A stretch of 64,000 bases of DNA. Origin: Octopus vulgaris (Eukaryota). Positions within the stretch are counted from its first letter, which is position 1, and every line of letters starts with the position of its first letter. The stretch lies in assembly GCA_951406725.2 (NCBI GenBank), contig OX597820.1, positions 45,136,001 through 45,200,000 of the forward strand, written 5' to 3'. The notes beneath the pieces were generated by a model. It was not told where the DNA came from, ran no database searches, and saw only the letters and a program-made list of their open reading frames with translations. Below, in pieces: positions 61,717-64,000 of the stretch. Made by a program: the position numbers and the translations under genes.

Positions 61717-62857
61717 TAGCATGATCAGAGTCGCCTAGAGGTTCCTCCGTAGTACAATTGATAACCGCTTTAAGAGTTGTGGTGAAGAGCAGGTCCAAGG
61801 CGTTGTCGCCTCTTGTTGGAGAGGTGACTACTTGTGACCAGTTTGAGTCCAGTACAAGCTCAATGAAATCGTTTGCACTCTGTGGCCAATGGAAGGTTTC
61901 CCAATTGATCTCAGAATGATTGAAGTCGCCTGCAATAAAAACATAAGTGGCTGTTTTCCTGGCAGCAGCTCGGAGGATATCGCAAAACTGTGTGTCTTGA
62001 TGGTAATTTGGGGGACGATAAACAATGCCAAGCAGGAGTGTTGACATGGTCATACGTATGTCATAGAAAAAAGCTTCTTCTCGTGATTCGTTCAAATCAG
62101 CACAAGGAATTACCGAAAAATTTGAACGAACGTAGACCATCACACCACCACCATGGCAGTTAATGCTGTCCTTGCGGAAAAGGTTGTACCCAGTAATGTT
62201 GAAAACCCCATCACAGAGTAAGGAATGTGCCCATGTTTCCGTGACTGTGATGAAGTCAGGGTCAATACTTCTGACGTAGGAGTTGAACAGATGTATTTTG
62301 TTGCATAAACTGCGATCATTTAAGGACAACAATTTGTACCCTGCTTGCAGTTTATGATGGTGTGTAGAGGATGGCAGGTTGTTCTGGTTTAGTTTCCCAT
62401 AGTTGCTGTAGTTTTTTTTCCATTTTCAGTTATTGTGAGTAGAGAGCACTCAGACCAGGTGGTATCTCTCTTCCACGTTTCACCAGTCTTAACAAATCTC
62501 CAGATTTGTCCATCCTCACGAAGACTGAAACTTTCTTGCAGAGCTGAGTTCCGGTTCAGGGAAGCTGCTACACGTAGCTTCGGACGTAAATCGGGTGGTA
62601 AGCCTGGGCTTGTTTGGAAGGTAGTCCGATTTTCACGCCCAGCTTTAACTGAGGCCAGATGGTATGAGGTTGCCTCAGCATTGTCTGAAAAAGACAGCTT
62701 GATGAGCCTGGTTTTTGGGCCAGGTCGTCCAAGGTGGAGAACACCCATTCGGGGAACGCAGCCTAAGTCTTTGGCTGAGTTGGAGGAAATGCCTGAAGAT
62801 TAACCATGTCTTCTGGTACCCCAATGGCAATAACTTCGTGGGTAGCAGAATCCACGT
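61717..62857 (-). mobile_element. CR1-like ORF1/endonuclease derivative, copy 3 (tail lost)
   Basis: ORF 61703-62332 carries an APE domain; paralogue of copies 1 and 2. Confidence 0.88.
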
Positions 62858-63447
62858 TCTTTAAGGAAGGCCCTTGTGAGAGGATGGGTACCTGTAAGAA
62901 GAAATTTAAGTGGCTGTGGTGGATCCCTAGGTGTAGGTAGTTTTACCTCTCCATTTGAACAGCACAATCCCGCTGTTTCTCCTATCCATTTTTTAGCACT
63001 GCAAAATTGACAAGTTTTAGACATGCCGCCAATCTGATTGTGAGGGTGGTCTGCATAATCATTAGTGGGAACATAAGTGAAAGCCTTCAATGACCATTGT
63101 GATTTTATTGCTCTCGAAATACCTTGCTTATTGGCTTTGTACTGAGAAACATCCCCCTAGTCGATTGGATCTGTTATCTGCTGTCGCTGCAGCTCTGGCA
63201 GATGCAGTAGAAGCAGCGTCTCTGCTCAGATGCAGCTCACATTGAGCATCGTTCTCTGCAGCTCTGGCAAATGCCGTAGAGGCAGCATTTCTATTCAGAT
63301 GTAGTTCATGTTGTGCATCGTTCTCAGCAGCTGCAGCCTTTCGGTCTAAACGAAGTCTATGCTGACTATTTTTGTCTGCAGCTTGTACATCTGCATTAAT
63401 TGTTGCATTTCCATTGTTCTGATGTGGAACATTTTCATTATCCAGCA
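62858..63447 (-). mobile_element. Helitron N-terminal fragment, copy 3 (best-preserved frame)
   Basis: 'IGGMSKTCQFCSAKKWIGETAGLCCSNGEVKLPTPRDPPQPLKFLLTG' is the typical Helitron RepHel N-terminal Cys motif. Confidence 0.85.
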
Positions 63448-63588
63448 TTTCATTAATAGAGTGATGACCTGAAGTTATTTATGGTTTAAAATAAAAGAAA
63501 TTGAGCCTCAAAAAAAAAATAATAATAACATGGAAAAACCTTATTTGCCATCTTATGATATTGCTAGTTTCAAAAACAGTGTTTATGT

Positions 63589-63660
63589 GATAATGTTATA
63601 CAATTGGATAATGTTATACAATTGGATAATGTTATACAATTGGGAATGTTATACAATTGG
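63589..63660. repeat. 18-bp tandem repeat x4 (gataatgttatacaattg)
   Basis: Seen directly. Confidence 0.9.
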
Positions 63661-64000
63661 AGAAGGAATTGGATTGATTTTCCCACCCAGTCTTTTTGTC
63701 CTAGAACAGCGATTTCAAGGATTTTTGTCTCTACCATTTCAAAGCAGATGGCAGAGACTAACCATTGTATTTCAACATCAGGTGGTACATTTTTTATTTG
63801 GACTTTCGTCAGTCTCTGGTTTAAATAGATTGGTATCATTACCAAGTCGTCTGAATGCAGCTCCAATGTGGAGAATCGTTTTGCTAAATTTTCGTTGAGG
63901 AAACGTACTTGGACTGTACCAAATTTATTTCCCCAACTGATAAACTCCTTAGAGTCCCATGTAGGACGAAGGCATTTTTCAATTTTTTCATGCGGTGCAT
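63654..64000 (-). mobile_element. Tx1 ORF1 fragment, running off the window end
   Basis: Paralogue of 34718-35065. Confidence 0.85.

Larger units (their letters stand above)
24300..64000. repeat. Hierarchical tandem array of module M with higher-order units and nested TEs (continues beyond the window)
   Basis: More than 25 full or partial copies of 'ctgctacaccag...gaataatagcaatttgtgacacagtgtgaa'; near-identical 2.9-3.1-kb units at 46968, 49890, 52792 and 55863. Confidence 0.95.

Overview
Eukaryotic, AT- and microsatellite-rich DNA dense in transposable elements. The tRNA-type SINEs and repeat landscape look like an octopus/cephalopod genome (inference from pattern recognition). The only likely host coding sequence is a putative terminal exon at 2594-2756 (+). 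Positions 3-24 kb are a nest of transposon relics: RTE, Tx1/L1, CR1-like LINEs, two clades of Penelope-like elements (PLEs), a young near-intact 4.2-kb Gypsy-type LTR element and a maT/DD37D mariner. From ~24.3 kb to the window end lies a hierarchical tandem array. It is built from an unidentified ~450-500 bp module (diverged subtypes separated by SINE tails and microsatellites), organised into ~3-kb higher-order units that each carry a Helitron 3' terminus, and into longer units with CR1/Helitron/Tx1 chimeras and later RTE, hAT and PLE insertions. Four hammerhead-ribozyme motifs are visible on the minus strand. Two have a compensatory U3-A8 core, and one has its three strands in a non-circularly permuted order. 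Most short ORFs in the supplied track are microsatellite or antisense artefacts. Element boundaries are approximate unless a TSD, TIR or LTR is quoted.
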